From NCBI RefSeq assembly GCF_001457595.1, contig NZ_LN831039.1, positions 4,770,001 through 4,802,000 of the forward strand: 32,000 nucleotides of DNA, read 5' to 3'. The DNA comes from Mycolicibacterium smegmatis. Lineage in GTDB: Bacteria; Actinomycetota; Actinomycetes; Mycobacteriales; Mycobacteriaceae. Below, piece by piece: positions 1 to 8,371 of the stretch. The translations under genes were made by a program, and so were the position numbers. Each line of letters begins with the position of its first letter. Within the stretch, counting starts at the first letter, position 1. Below the pieces are notes generated by a model. It made no database searches. It worked only from the letters and a program-made list of their open reading frames with translations, and was not told the origin of the DNA.

Positions 1-1499
1 TCGACGTCCTGGGTGTGCCGGGCGATCCTGATGTAGATCTCTTCCACCAGGGCCGGGTTGAGGTTCGCGGGCGGGTTCGCCTGGAATTCGACCAGGATCT
101 TCTCGGCAGCGTCGTGTGCGACGCGTTCGGCCTTGACCTCCTCGGCGCGGTCCGCCTCGTGGTCGTCGTTGAAGCGCGAGATGTGCAGCTTGCGGATCAG
201 CCACGGCAGCGTGGACCCCTGAAGCAGCAGCGTGCCGACGGCGACCACGAACGCGATCGCCTGGATGGTGGCGCGTTCGGGGAACGGTTCACCCGACTCG
301 GTGTACGCGGGGATCGCGGCGGCGGCCGCCAGCGTCACCACGCCGCGCATGCCGGTCCAGGACAGCACGACGTTCTCCTGCCAGCTCAACGTGCGGCGGT
401 CGACCATGGTGCGCCAGTTGGCCCTGCGTTTCTTCTTGCGCTGCTTGCGGACGGCCGCGCCGAGCGAACTGCGGCTTCCGTCCGGGGCCGGGACGCTGAG
501 CTTCTTCTCGACGTGTCTGGACAGCTTGTTGCGGCCGAAGATCGCGAACACCGAAAGCGGCCGGATCACCAGCACGATCAACAGCACCACGGCTGAGGCG
601 GTGATCACCTCGGTGAGGGACTCGTGCGCCTCGTTGAGATGTTCGAGGACGAACCGCAGGTGCAGGCCGATGTAGGCGAACACGAACGCCTCCAGCAGCA
701 CGTCCACCGAGTTCCACACGTAGCGTTCCTGCAGGCGGGTCTGGTAGCCCGCACCGAGGTTGCCGTTGCCGACCACGAATCCCGCGACCACGACCGCCAG
801 CACGCCGGACGCGTGCAGTTCCTCGGCGGTGATGAACGCCGCGAACGGCACCACGAGTCCCTGGACTGTTTCGAGTCCGGGATTGGCCAGGCGCTTGCGG
901 ATCCACAGCGTGACGTAGCCGAGCACCGCGCCGACGAGCGGGCCGACAGTGGCGCTGTAGCCGAACAGCAGGAGCGGGTTCTCGATGAAGATGTGGCCAC
1001 CGGCGACCTGGGTGACCGCGATGGAGAACAGCGTCAGCGCGGCCGCGTCGTTGATGAGGCTCTCACCGGTCAGGATCGCCATCATGCGTTTCGGCAGACC
1101 GAGCTTGCGGCCCACCGCCACGGCTGTGACGGCGTCCGGAGGCGCCACGATCGCGCCGAGCACCAACGCGGTCCCGAACGTCAACGGCACGATCACCAGC
1201 CAGCTCGACACCGCCGCGACCGCGAACGCCGATACCACGACCAATCCCACGCCCAGGCCGAGGATCGGGCGGATGTGTCGCAAAAACGTCGGGAACGAGA
1301 AGTTCAGTGCCGCGGAGTACAGCAGCGGCGGCAGGACGACGGACAGCAGGATGTGCGAATCGAGTTCGGGAGGTTCGAAATCGGGGAGGAAAGATACCGC
1401 GCTGCCGACCACCACGATCATCAGTGCGGGTTCGAATCCGCGGTGGTGAGCGATGGCTGTGACCAGGATGGCGCCGACGACGACAAGTAACAACTCCAC
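1..1499 (-). CDS. Na+/H+ antiporter (CPA family), C-terminus runs off the left edge
   Basis: Continuous minus-strand reading frame from GTG at 1499 (VELLLVVVGAILVTAIAHHRGFEPALMIVVVGSAVSFLP...) through '...LTGESLINDAAALTLFSIAVT...' to '...LVEEIYIRIARHTQD' at position 1. Multiple hydrophobic segments and an NDA ion-binding motif. The ORF track gives only fragments because the only ATG/GTG starts listed are internal. Confidence 0.85.
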   Translation of the reverse strand, partial: MELLLVVVGAILVTAIAHHRGFEPALMIVVVGSAVSFLPDFEPPELDSHILLSVVLPPLLYSAALNFSFPTFLRHIRPILGLGVGLVVVSAFAVAAVSSWLVIVPLTFGTALVLGAIVAPPDAVTAVAVGRKLGLPKRMMAILTGESLINDAAALTLFSIAVTQVAGGHIFIENPLLLFGYSATVGPLVGAVLGYVTLWIRKRLANPGLETVQGLVVPFAAFITAEELHASGVLAVVVAGFVVGNGNLGAGYQTRLQERYVWNSVDVLLEAFVFAYIGLHLRFVLEHLNEAHESLTEVITASAVVLLIVLVIRPLSVFAIFGRNKLSRHVEKKLSVPAPDGSRSSLGAAVRKQRKKKRRANWRTMVDRRTLSWQENVVLSWTGMRGVVTLAAAAAIPAYTESGEPFPERATIQAIAFVVAVGTLLLQGSTLPWLIRKLHISRFNDDHEADRAEEVKAERVAHDAAEKILVEFQANPPANLNPALVEEIYIRIARHTQDV

Positions 1500-1536
1500 C
1501 CGCAAATTGTGCCGTGCGAACGACCGTCTCGCCCAA

Positions 1537-2343
1537 TCAGGACTGACAGGTGGGGCACCAGAACAGGTTTCGCCCTCCGAGTTCCGCGGTTCGTACGGGT
1601 GTACCACATATGCGGCACGGCTCGCCCGCCCTGCGGTAGACGTAGGTGCGTGGCCGCCCGGTCCGGTAGGACGGGGCGCCGTGGTCGTGTTCGGGCCGGA
1701 CGACGACGATCTTGCCGCGTCGCACACCGACCTTCATGAGCGCGACGAGATCGGTCCACATCGCGTCGAATTCGGCCGCGTCGAGTTGCGTGCCCGGCAG
1801 GTAGGGGTCGATGCCGTGGCGGAACAGCAGTTCGCTGCGGTACACGTTGCCGACCCCGGCCATGACCGTCTGGTCCATCAGCAGCGCGCCGATCGGTCTG
1901 CGTGACTTGGTGATCCGCTTCCAGGCCAGGGACGCGTCGGCGTCGGGGCGCAGCGGGTCCGGGCCGAGTTTGGCGATGACGTCGACGATCTCGGGTTCGG
2001 TGATCAGCTCGCATACGGTCGGCCCGCGCAGATCGGTGCCGTACTGAGCGCCGATGATGCGCATGCGGACCTGGCCCACCGGCAGCGGCAGCGCGAGCTC
2101 GGCGGGCACCGGCCACTCGGTGAACGCGCCGTACAGACCCAGGTGGATGTGCACCACGCGGCCACCGTCGTAGTGGTGGAACAGATGCTTGCCCCATGCA
2201 CTCGCCCGTTTGAAGATGTGACCGCTGACCGCCGCGGCGCCGTCGGCGAACCGGCCCTGCGGACTCGAGACGACGACGGCGGTCCGACCGAACCGACGTT
2301 GGTGCAACCGGGCCAGCCGGTGCAGGGTGTGCCCCTCAGGCAC
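1537..2343 (-). CDS. nei: Formamidopyrimidine-DNA glycosylase / endonuclease VIII family (Nei1-like)
   Basis: N-terminal MPEGHTLHR catalytic motif, H2TH-like central region (VMAGVGNVYRSELLF), C-terminal zinc finger CRICGTPV...FWCPTCQ. Confidence 0.92.
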   Translation of the reverse strand: MPEGHTLHRLARLHQRRFGRTAVVVSSPQGRFADGAAAVSGHIFKRASAWGKHLFHHYDGGRVVHIHLGLYGAFTEWPVPAELALPLPVGQVRMRIIGAQYGTDLRGPTVCELITEPEIVDVIAKLGPDPLRPDADASLAWKRITKSRRPIGALLMDQTVMAGVGNVYRSELLFRHGIDPYLPGTQLDAAEFDAMWTDLVALMKVGVRRGKIVVVRPEHDHGAPSYRTGRPRTYVYRRAGEPCRICGTPVRTAELGGRNLFWCPTCQS

Positions 2344-2358
2344 CGAAGACGCTCGCGG

Positions 2359-2838
2359 TCAGGCCGGCGCGCCCGGAACCGCGGGTGCGACGTGCGTGCG
2401 TTCGTACTCGGCGAGGATGTCGATGCGGCGCTGGTGCCGCTCGGCCTCCGACCACGGGGTGGTCAGGAACGCGTCGACGATCGCGAGCGCCTCCTCGGTG
2501 GTGTGCATCCGGCCACCGATGCCGACCACGTTCGCGTTGTTGTGCTCGCGCGCCAGTTTCGCGGTTTCGACGCTCCAGGCCAGCGCGGCGCGTGCACCGG
2601 GCACCTTGTTCGCGGCGATCTGCTCACCGTTGCCCGAACCGCCGAGCACGATACCGAGGCTGCCCGGATCGGCGACGGTCTTCTCCGCCGCGGCGATGCA
2701 GAACGCCGGGTAGTCGTCGTCGGCGTCGTACTCGTAAGCCCCGCAGTCGATAGGCTCGTGGCCGTTCTTCTCCAGGTGGGCGATGATCGTTTTCTTGAAC
2801 TCGAAACCGGCGTGATCGGCACCGACGTAGACGCGCAT
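2359..2838 (-). CDS. rpiB: Ribose-5-phosphate isomerase B
   Basis: MRVYVGADHAGFEFKKTIIAHLEKNGHEPIDCGAYEYD...GIGGRMHTTEEALAIVDAFL is typical RpiB sequence. Adjacent to nei as in other mycobacteria. Confidence 0.93.
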   Translation of the reverse strand: MRVYVGADHAGFEFKKTIIAHLEKNGHEPIDCGAYEYDADDDYPAFCIAAAEKTVADPGSLGIVLGGSGNGEQIAANKVPGARAALAWSVETAKLAREHNNANVVGIGGRMHTTEEALAIVDAFLTTPWSEAERHQRRIDILAEYERTHVAPAVPGAPA

Positions 2839-2856
2839 GCGGCTAACCCTAACGTG

Positions 2857-3414
2857 TCAGCACTCCGTGACCACGATGCCGGCCTGCAGCAGGTCCAGCA
2901 GCCGCTGCGTCTGCTCGACCGAGCCGCTTGCGATGCAGATTCCCAGCAGGCTCGACACCACATCGTCGGCGCGGACGGCGGCGCGGAGGGCACCGGCGGC
3001 GGCGCACGCATCGACCAGGAGGCCGACGGCCGCGACGATCCGCTCGCGGGTCTCGTTGCGGTCGATCGAACCGGACTCGAGGACCACGAGTAACGACTCG
3101 GCCATCCCACGCTTCGCCCCGACGAACGCGGCGTAACGATCCATCCAGCGGCGCAGTGCCAGGGCGGGCGGGTGCGTGTCGAGCAACTCGGCGGCGCAAC
3201 CGCACACCTCCGCCAACTCCGCCCGGTACACGGCCTCGACAAGCGCCTCACGCGTGGGGAAATGGCGGTAGAGCGTGCCGATACCCACGCCCGCGGCGCG
3301 CGCGATCGCTTCGAGCGACACCGGCGCGGCGGTGGTCTCGGCGGCCCCGAATGCGGTCGCCGCCGCATCCAGCAGGCGTTCACGGTTGCGTCTGACGTCG
3401 GCCCGCTCAGCCAT
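2857..3414 (-). CDS. TetR/AcrR family transcriptional regulator
   Basis: N-terminal HTH: RRNRERLLDAAATAFGAAETTAAPVSLEAIARAAGVGIGTLYRHFPTREALVEAVY. Confidence 0.93.
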   Translation of the reverse strand: MAERADVRRNRERLLDAAATAFGAAETTAAPVSLEAIARAAGVGIGTLYRHFPTREALVEAVYRAELAEVCGCAAELLDTHPPALALRRWMDRYAAFVGAKRGMAESLLVVLESGSIDRNETRERIVAAVGLLVDACAAAGALRAAVRADDVVSSLLGICIASGSVEQTQRLLDLLQAGIVVTEC

Positions 3415-3424
3415 CGCGGAGGCA

Positions 3425-3463
3425 CCTCCGGTTTGTTACGTTGGTAAAGCGGAGGGTCCTCCG
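3425..3463. promoter_or_regulatory. Candidate TetR operator: CCTCCG / CGGAGG / CCTCCG half-sites
   Basis: CCTCCGgTTT (3425-3434) is inverted against AAAgCGGAGG (3446-3455). CGGAGG-GT-CCTCCG (3450-3463) is a second perfect 6-bp palindrome sharing the central half-site. It lies in the divergent intergenic region between TetR (start 3414) and the aldo-keto reductase (start ~3495). Confidence 0.6.
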
Positions 3464-3494
3464 CATTTCGGAGTATGGCACGAGGAGAATTTCT

Positions 3495-4439
3495 GTGACC
3501 ACTGAGAGCCCCGGCAGTCCTGGCATTCCCGGTGGGTCCGGCACGATCGGGACACAGCCGGTGGCCCGTGTGGGCTACGGCGCGATGGCACTCGGACCTC
3601 GCGTGCCCATCGACGACGCCGTGGTGCTGCTGCGCCGCGCCGTCGAACTGGGCGTCAACCACATCGACACCGCGTCGTTCTACGACGACGGCGAGGTGAA
3701 CCGCCGGATACGCCGGGCACTGGCCCCGTATCCCGACGATCTGGTGATCGTCAGCAAGGTCGGCGCGCGACCGGCCACCGGACCGGTGCCGCTCGCTCTC
3801 GCGCAGCGGCCCGCCGAACTACGAACTGCCGTCGAACGCGATCTCGCCGAGTTGGGCGTCGACCGGATCGCGGTGGCCAACCTGCGCCGCGCGGACATCG
3901 GCCCGGGCCTGATCGCCGAGGGCGACCAGGTGGTCGATCTCGACGATCAGCTTGCCGAGATGATCGCGCTGCGCGACGAGGGCAAGATCGCCGCGATCGG
4001 CATGAGCAACATCGATCTGGACACCGCGCGGCGGGCCGCCCCCGCAGGCATCGTGTGCATCCAGAACGCGTACAACCTGCTGGACCGGACAAGCGAGGAG
4101 CTCCTCGGATTCGCGCGGCAGCAGAACATCGCGTTCGTGCCCTATTTCCCGCTGGGCTCGGCGTTTCCCGGCTTCCCCAAGGTTTCCGACAACCCGGTGG
4201 TGCGCACGATCGCCGCCGAGTCGGGTGTCACGCCCGCCCAGATCGGCCTCGCCTGGCTGTTGGCCCATGCGCCGAACATCCTGCTCATCGCCGGAACGGC
4301 GTCGGTCGATCACCTGGAGCAGAACGTGCGCGCCGGTGACATCACGTTAAGCGACAAGGCGATCGCGGCCCTCGACGCCGTGCCCGGCGAGCGGTCACCC
4401 CACGGTGATGGCGTCGAGGCGTTCCTTGATGAAAGCTGA
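3495..4439 (+). CDS. Aldo/keto reductase family oxidoreductase
   Basis: AKR signatures: GYGAMAL...LLRRAVELGVNHIDTASFYDDGEVNRRIRRAL...LVIVSKVG...GMSNIDLD...AYNLLDR. GTG at 3495 has a GAGGAG Shine-Dalgarno just upstream; the track's TTG start at 3441 falls in the palindrome and is less likely. Confidence 0.88.
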   Translation: MTTESPGSPGIPGGSGTIGTQPVARVGYGAMALGPRVPIDDAVVLLRRAVELGVNHIDTASFYDDGEVNRRIRRALAPYPDDLVIVSKVGARPATGPVPLALAQRPAELRTAVERDLAELGVDRIAVANLRRADIGPGLIAEGDQVVDLDDQLAEMIALRDEGKIAAIGMSNIDLDTARRAAPAGIVCIQNAYNLLDRTSEELLGFARQQNIAFVPYFPLGSAFPGFPKVSDNPVVRTIAAESGVTPAQIGLAWLLAHAPNILLIAGTASVDHLEQNVRAGDITLSDKAIAALDAVPGERSPHGDGVEAFLDES

Positions 4440-5354
4440 CGAGATGACCGGTTCGAGCCCCGCGGTGCGGCCGACGGGCGGCTGCAGCGGCGTCACCACC
4501 GCGTCGTGGTTGGCCTCGTAGAAGTAGATCAACGACACCAGGTCCTCTTCGGGGGCGTCCGGCTGCGGGGGCAGCACGCGGTGGCGTCCCGACGGCCACC
4601 GGCGCCCGCTCCAGTACTCCAGCAGGTCACCGATATTGACGGTCAGCGCGCCGGGCTCCCACGGCGCGTCCTCCCAGCCCTCGGCCTCGGAGTAGACCTG
4701 AAGTCCACCTGCTCCGGGCTCGCGGTCGAGTACCGTGACCGTTCCGAAGTCGGTGTGCGGACCGATGCGGAACTGGCCTGGCTCGGGCTCCCCCACGGCG
4801 GTCAACGGTGGGTAGTGGTTGATGTTCATCGTCCACGTCGGTCGATCTGCCAGCGCCACAAAGGGATTCGCCGGGAGCCCGAGGGCGTGGGAGAACAGGT
4901 CCAACAAATCGTCGGAGAGTTTCCGCATCGCGGCGGTGTATTCGGCCACCAACGGCTGCAGCGCGGGCACTTCGATGGGCCAGACGTTGGGCGCGTACCA
5001 GATCCGGTCCACCTCGGCATCGCCGGTCGCGGTGTCCGACCCCAGGCTGAAGCTCTCTTTCAGGTCGGGTGGTGTCTCGGTGCCTTCGGCGTACCCGTTG
5101 GCCTCGGCACCCGGCCCGATCCAGCCGCGACCGCCGACGGGCACCGAGTACCGCCGCTTCGTCGCGTCCGGCAGGGCGAAGAAGTCGCGGCTCGCGGCGC
5201 GGACACGCGCGGCGAGGGCGGGGTCGACGTTGTGGCCGGTGACGACGATGAATCCCGCGCGCTGCAGGCCGGCGTCGACCTCGGCGGCCACCGCGTCGGC
5301 CTCGGCGCCGCCGGCATACCACCGTGAAAGATCAACTGTGGCAATGGCACTCAC
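4395..5354 (-). CDS. Isopenicillin N synthase-like 2-oxoglutarate/Fe(II)-dependent dioxygenase
   Basis: N-terminal DIOX_N-like region and Fe(II) facial triad HxD...H in IGPHTDFGTVTVLD...GRRWPSGRHRVLPP. GTG start at 5354 overlaps the stop of the upstream deaminase gene (GTGA). Its 3' end overlaps the convergent AKR gene by 45 bp. Confidence 0.88.
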   Translation of the reverse strand: MSAIATVDLSRWYAGGAEADAVAAEVDAGLQRAGFIVVTGHNVDPALAARVRAASRDFFALPDATKRRYSVPVGGRGWIGPGAEANGYAEGTETPPDLKESFSLGSDTATGDAEVDRIWYAPNVWPIEVPALQPLVAEYTAAMRKLSDDLLDLFSHALGLPANPFVALADRPTWTMNINHYPPLTAVGEPEPGQFRIGPHTDFGTVTVLDREPGAGGLQVYSEAEGWEDAPWEPGALTVNIGDLLEYWSGRRWPSGRHRVLPPQPDAPEEDLVSLIYFYEANHDAVVTPLQPPVGRTAGLEPVISSAFIKERLDAITVG

Positions 5355-5791
5355 TCGCCGATGTCCTCCGCCCACAGATCCGGTTTCGCCGCGATGAAAT
5401 CCTGCATCATCTTCACGCACCGCTGGTCATCCAGCAACGTGACAGCGACGCCGTGCTCGGCCAGCCACTCGTGACCGCCGGAGAATGTGCGTGCCTCACC
5501 GATGAGAAGGGCACCGATGTTGAACTGACGGACCAGGCCGCTGCAGTACCAGCACGGTGACAGCGTCGTCACCATGATGGTGTCGCGGTAGCCGCGTTGC
5601 CGGCCTGCGGCACGGAAGGCATCCGTCTCCGCGTGCACCGATGGGTCCCCCTGCTGCACCCGCCGGTTGCGCCCGCGGCCCAACAGCTCACCGTCGGCGC
5701 TGAACAGGGCGGCGCCGATCGGAATGCCGCCTTCGGCCAAGCCTTTTTGCGCCTCTTCGACCGCGACGTCGAGCATCTCCCCGGGACTCAT
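5351..5791 (-). CDS. Cytosine/nucleoside deaminase-superfamily protein, resembling yeast-type cytosine deaminase (Fcy1)
   Basis: Zn-binding HAE (DPSVHAETDAF) and PCxxC (TTLSPCWYCSGLV) motifs. N-terminal VEEAQKGLAEGGIPIGAALF and C-terminal KPDLWAEDIGE resemble the Fcy1 ends as recalled from memory. Start ATG 5791 preferred; an alternative GTG lies at 5824. Confidence 0.85.
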   Translation of the reverse strand: MSPGEMLDVAVEEAQKGLAEGGIPIGAALFSADGELLGRGRNRRVQQGDPSVHAETDAFRAAGRQRGYRDTIMVTTLSPCWYCSGLVRQFNIGALLIGEARTFSGGHEWLAEHGVAVTLLDDQRCVKMMQDFIAAKPDLWAEDIGE

Positions 5792-5922
5792 GGCTGCACC
5801 CTTCCATCGTTCATTCCTCGCCACACAGCGACAGACGGCCGATCAGGCGAGCACCGATCACGGCGATCCGGAGGTGATTCGGCCTCGGCGGAAAGGTCGG
5901 CAGCGCTCGCGGGCGTCGTCAT

Positions 5923-5956
5923 GCGTTACACCGTGGCCCCAACTGCGGTGTAACGC
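5923..5956. promoter_or_regulatory. Perfect 11-bp inverted repeat GCGTTACACCG-N12-CGGTGTAACGC (operator or hairpin)
   Basis: Arms 5923-5933 and 5946-5956 are exact reverse complements. Located between the GntR gene end (5984) and the deaminase start (5791). Confidence 0.65.
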
Positions 5957-5983
5957 AAGCTGAACACACAGGCTGTCTCGACG

Positions 5984-6661
5984 TCAGTCGGGTTCAGCGA
6001 CCGCGAGCAACTCGCGGGCGCTGGCGACGATGTGTCCGTCGAGGGCCGACCGGCGCACCTCGGTACCGCCCGTGGTGATCGCCTCGAGCAACGCACGGTG
6101 TTCTTCGGGAATCGCGAACGGGCTCTCGTGACGTTTGGCGAGCCGGTGGATCTGCATTCGGATGCGCGGCTGGACGCTGGCCCACAGTTGCATCGCGTGT
6201 TCGGAATGCGCGCTCCTGACGATCGTCTCGTGGAACAGCACGTCGAGTTCGTTCAGCTGTTCCAGGTCACCGGCGCCTGCCGCATCGTCCATGAGCGCCA
6301 CCAGACGCCGGAGTTCGGCGAGCACCGCCGGATCGGCACTGGCCTTCTCGACCGCGAACTGCTCGATGGACAGCCGCACCGGCAGCAACACCCCCAGCAG
6401 TTCGTCGGCGCTCACGGTGGCCACGAACGCGCCCCGATTGGGGATGTGGTGCACCAGCCCTTCGCTTTCCAGCTGCCGTAGCGCTTCGCGCACCGGGCCG
6501 GGGCTCGTGCTCAGATGCGCGGCCAGCACGTCCTGCTTGAGCTGCGCACCCGGCGGCAGACCGCCCTTGACGATCTGCTCACGTAGCCAGTCCGCGATCT
6601 GGTGCCGCCGCGACGAGGCCAACGGGGCGGCGACCGCCAGAGGTTGCAACGCCTCCGTCAT
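5984..6661 (-). CDS. GntR family transcriptional regulator, FadR/FCD-type subfamily
   Basis: wHTH: SSRRHQIADWLREQIVKGGLPPGAQLKQDVLAAHLSTSPGPVREALRQLESEGLVHHIPNRGAFVATVS, followed by an all-helical C-terminal domain with FHETIVRSAHS. ATG 6661 is preceded by AAGGAG. Confidence 0.92.
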   Translation of the reverse strand: MTEALQPLAVAAPLASSRRHQIADWLREQIVKGGLPPGAQLKQDVLAAHLSTSPGPVREALRQLESEGLVHHIPNRGAFVATVSADELLGVLLPVRLSIEQFAVEKASADPAVLAELRRLVALMDDAAGAGDLEQLNELDVLFHETIVRSAHSEHAMQLWASVQPRIRMQIHRLAKRHESPFAIPEEHRALLEAITTGGTEVRRSALDGHIVASARELLAVAEPD

Positions 6662-6706
6662 GATCCTTCTCCTTCGCAAGGGTCGCCAGGGTCGCCCGCT
6701 GGCGCC

Positions 6707-6712
6707 ATCCTA
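6707..6712 (-). promoter_or_regulatory. Possible -10 element TAGGAT for the GntR gene
   Basis: Minus strand reads GCCTAGGATGG about 45 bp upstream of the GntR start; fits the TANNNT SigA -10 consensus. No good -35 seen. Confidence 0.3.
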
Positions 6713-6774
6713 GGCAGCCGCGCCTGCTCGCGAGCGTGCTGACACAGTTGCCGACGCACTATTGCGCCGATTAC

Positions 6775-6790
6775 AGATTATAGATAATCT
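6775..6790. promoter_or_regulatory. Candidate GntR operator AGATTAT-AG-ATAATCT
   Basis: Perfect 7-bp inverted repeat with 2-nt spacer in the divergent intergenic region between the GntR gene and the ABC-transporter operon. It is an AT-rich patch in an otherwise very GC-rich window and overlaps -10-like sequence (TAGATAAT). Confidence 0.65.
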
Positions 6791-6862
6791 CTGATCCACT
6801 CACAGTCGCCCGTCGGCCCCACCCGGCCCATCGGTGAAACATCCTGCGGATAAAGGAAACCC

Positions 6863-7678
6863 ATGCGTAGACGCACCCGTGCGGCGATCGCCGCCCTCGC
6901 CGCCACCACCGCGCTCGTTCTGGCCGGTTGCACCTCGTCGGACCAGGCGGGCCCGACCCAGAACAGCACGTTGACGAAAGTGCTGAATTCCAAGAAGCTC
7001 ACCGTCGGCGTCTTCGCGGACGCGCCCCCGTACGGCGTGATGAACAGCTCGGGCGAATACCAGGGCTTCGACATCGACAAGGCCCGTGCGCTGGCCGACT
7101 CCCTCGGCGCCGACGTCCAGTTCGTCAGCACCACCAACGCGAGCCGAATCCCCATGCTGGAGACGGGGAAAGCAGATGTCATCATCGCCGCGCTCACCAA
7201 CCTCGATGAGCGAGCCCAGGTGGTCGCACTGACCAGGCCGTACGCCTCGGAGGGCCAGCTGGTCGTGGTGCCGGCCGACAGTCCCATCCAGGGCTACGAC
7301 GACCTCGCGGGCCGCACGGTCGCCGCCACCCGCGGCAGCGTGCCCGCCACCATCCTCGAAACCGAATTCCCGCAGGCCAAGCCCAGCCTGTTCGAAGCCG
7401 TCGCCGACTCGATCCAGGCGCTGCGCAGCGGCAAGGTCGACGCGCTCATGGAGAGCACGGCTGTCGTCGCCGAGATCCGTGCGAGCCAGAAAGATGCGGT
7501 ACGCGTTCTCGACGCTCCCCCACTGGCACCGTCGTTCGTGTCCTTCGGCGTGAAGATGGGCGATCAACTCTGGCTGAACTACCTCAACAACTTCATCCTC
7601 AACTACAACATCAGCAAGGCGGCGAACGAGTCATACAACAAATGGCTCGGCATGGACGTACCAGAGCTCATCAAGTAG
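6863..7678 (+). CDS. Polar amino-acid ABC transporter substrate-binding lipoprotein
   Basis: Lipobox signal peptide (ALVLAGC), then LTVGVFADAPPYGVMNSSGEYQGFDIDKARALADSLGADVQFVSTTNASRIPMLETGKADVIIAALT, typical of SBP family 3. Confidence 0.92.
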   Translation: MRRRTRAAIAALAATTALVLAGCTSSDQAGPTQNSTLTKVLNSKKLTVGVFADAPPYGVMNSSGEYQGFDIDKARALADSLGADVQFVSTTNASRIPMLETGKADVIIAALTNLDERAQVVALTRPYASEGQLVVVPADSPIQGYDDLAGRTVAATRGSVPATILETEFPQAKPSLFEAVADSIQALRSGKVDALMESTAVVAEIRASQKDAVRVLDAPPLAPSFVSFGVKMGDQLWLNYLNNFILNYNISKAANESYNKWLGMDVPELIK

Positions 7679-7708
7679 TCACTGCGCCCACCACGTTCAG
7701 GACACACC

Positions 7709-8371
7709 ATGCAGCTCTACTACGGCGATCTCGTCCCGTACCTCATACCACTGCTCAAAGGGCTCGCGGTCAGCATCGCGGTGAGCCTGGCCGCGACCGC
7801 GATCGGTGGCGCGTTCGGGATCCTGCTCTATGCGGGACGAACCGCACGGCTCAACGCGTTCCGTGTCGCGGCCTCGGCCTACATCGAGGTCATCCGCAAC
7901 ACGCCCCTGCTGCTGCAGCTCTACCTCGTGTACTTCGCGCTGCCGCACGCCGGGGTCAACCTCGATCCTGTCACGGCAGGCATACTGGCCCTGAGCATCA
8001 ACAACTCGGCCTACATGGCCGAGATCTACCGGGCCGGGTTCCAATCTGTTCCCGCGGGACTCCGCGAAGCCGCAGCCGCACTCGGTATGAGCCCGCGCGA
8101 CACGTTCTGGCGAGTGCTGTTCATCCCGGCCATGCGAAATGTCCTGCCCGCCATCACCAACCAGACGATTCTGCTGTTCCTCGCGTCGTCGATCACGTCG
8201 GTCGTGTCCCTGCCCGATCTGATGCACGTGATGATGGGCATCACCTCGACGACGTTCCGCACCATCGAGGCCTTCACCGTGGGCGGCCTGCTGTACTTCG
8301 CCGTCGCGTTCCTCATCGCAAGTTTCTCGCGAGTCGTCGAGACCCGATTCATCAAGTGGAAGGTGGCGTGA
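7709..8371 (+). CDS. Amino-acid ABC transporter permease (HisM/GlnP type)
   Basis: [34 protein letters not shown]...[22 protein letters not shown]...[24 protein letters not shown] (EAA motif). Confidence 0.92.
   Translation: MQLYYGDLVPYLIPLLKGLAVSIAVSLAATAIGGAFGILLYAGRTARLNAFRVAASAYIEVIRNTPLLLQLYLVYFALPHAGVNLDPVTAGILALSINNSAYMAEIYRAGFQSVPAGLREAAAALGMSPRDTFWRVLFIPAMRNVLPAITNQTILLFLASSITSVVSLPDLMHVMMGITSTTFRTIEAFTVGGLLYFAVAFLIASFSRVVETRFIKWKVA

Noticed and set aside
3441-3494. TTG start at 3441 for the AKR gene
   Set aside because: Would place the coding start inside the palindromic operator and lacks a Shine-Dalgarno. GTG 3495 has GAGGAG at proper spacing.
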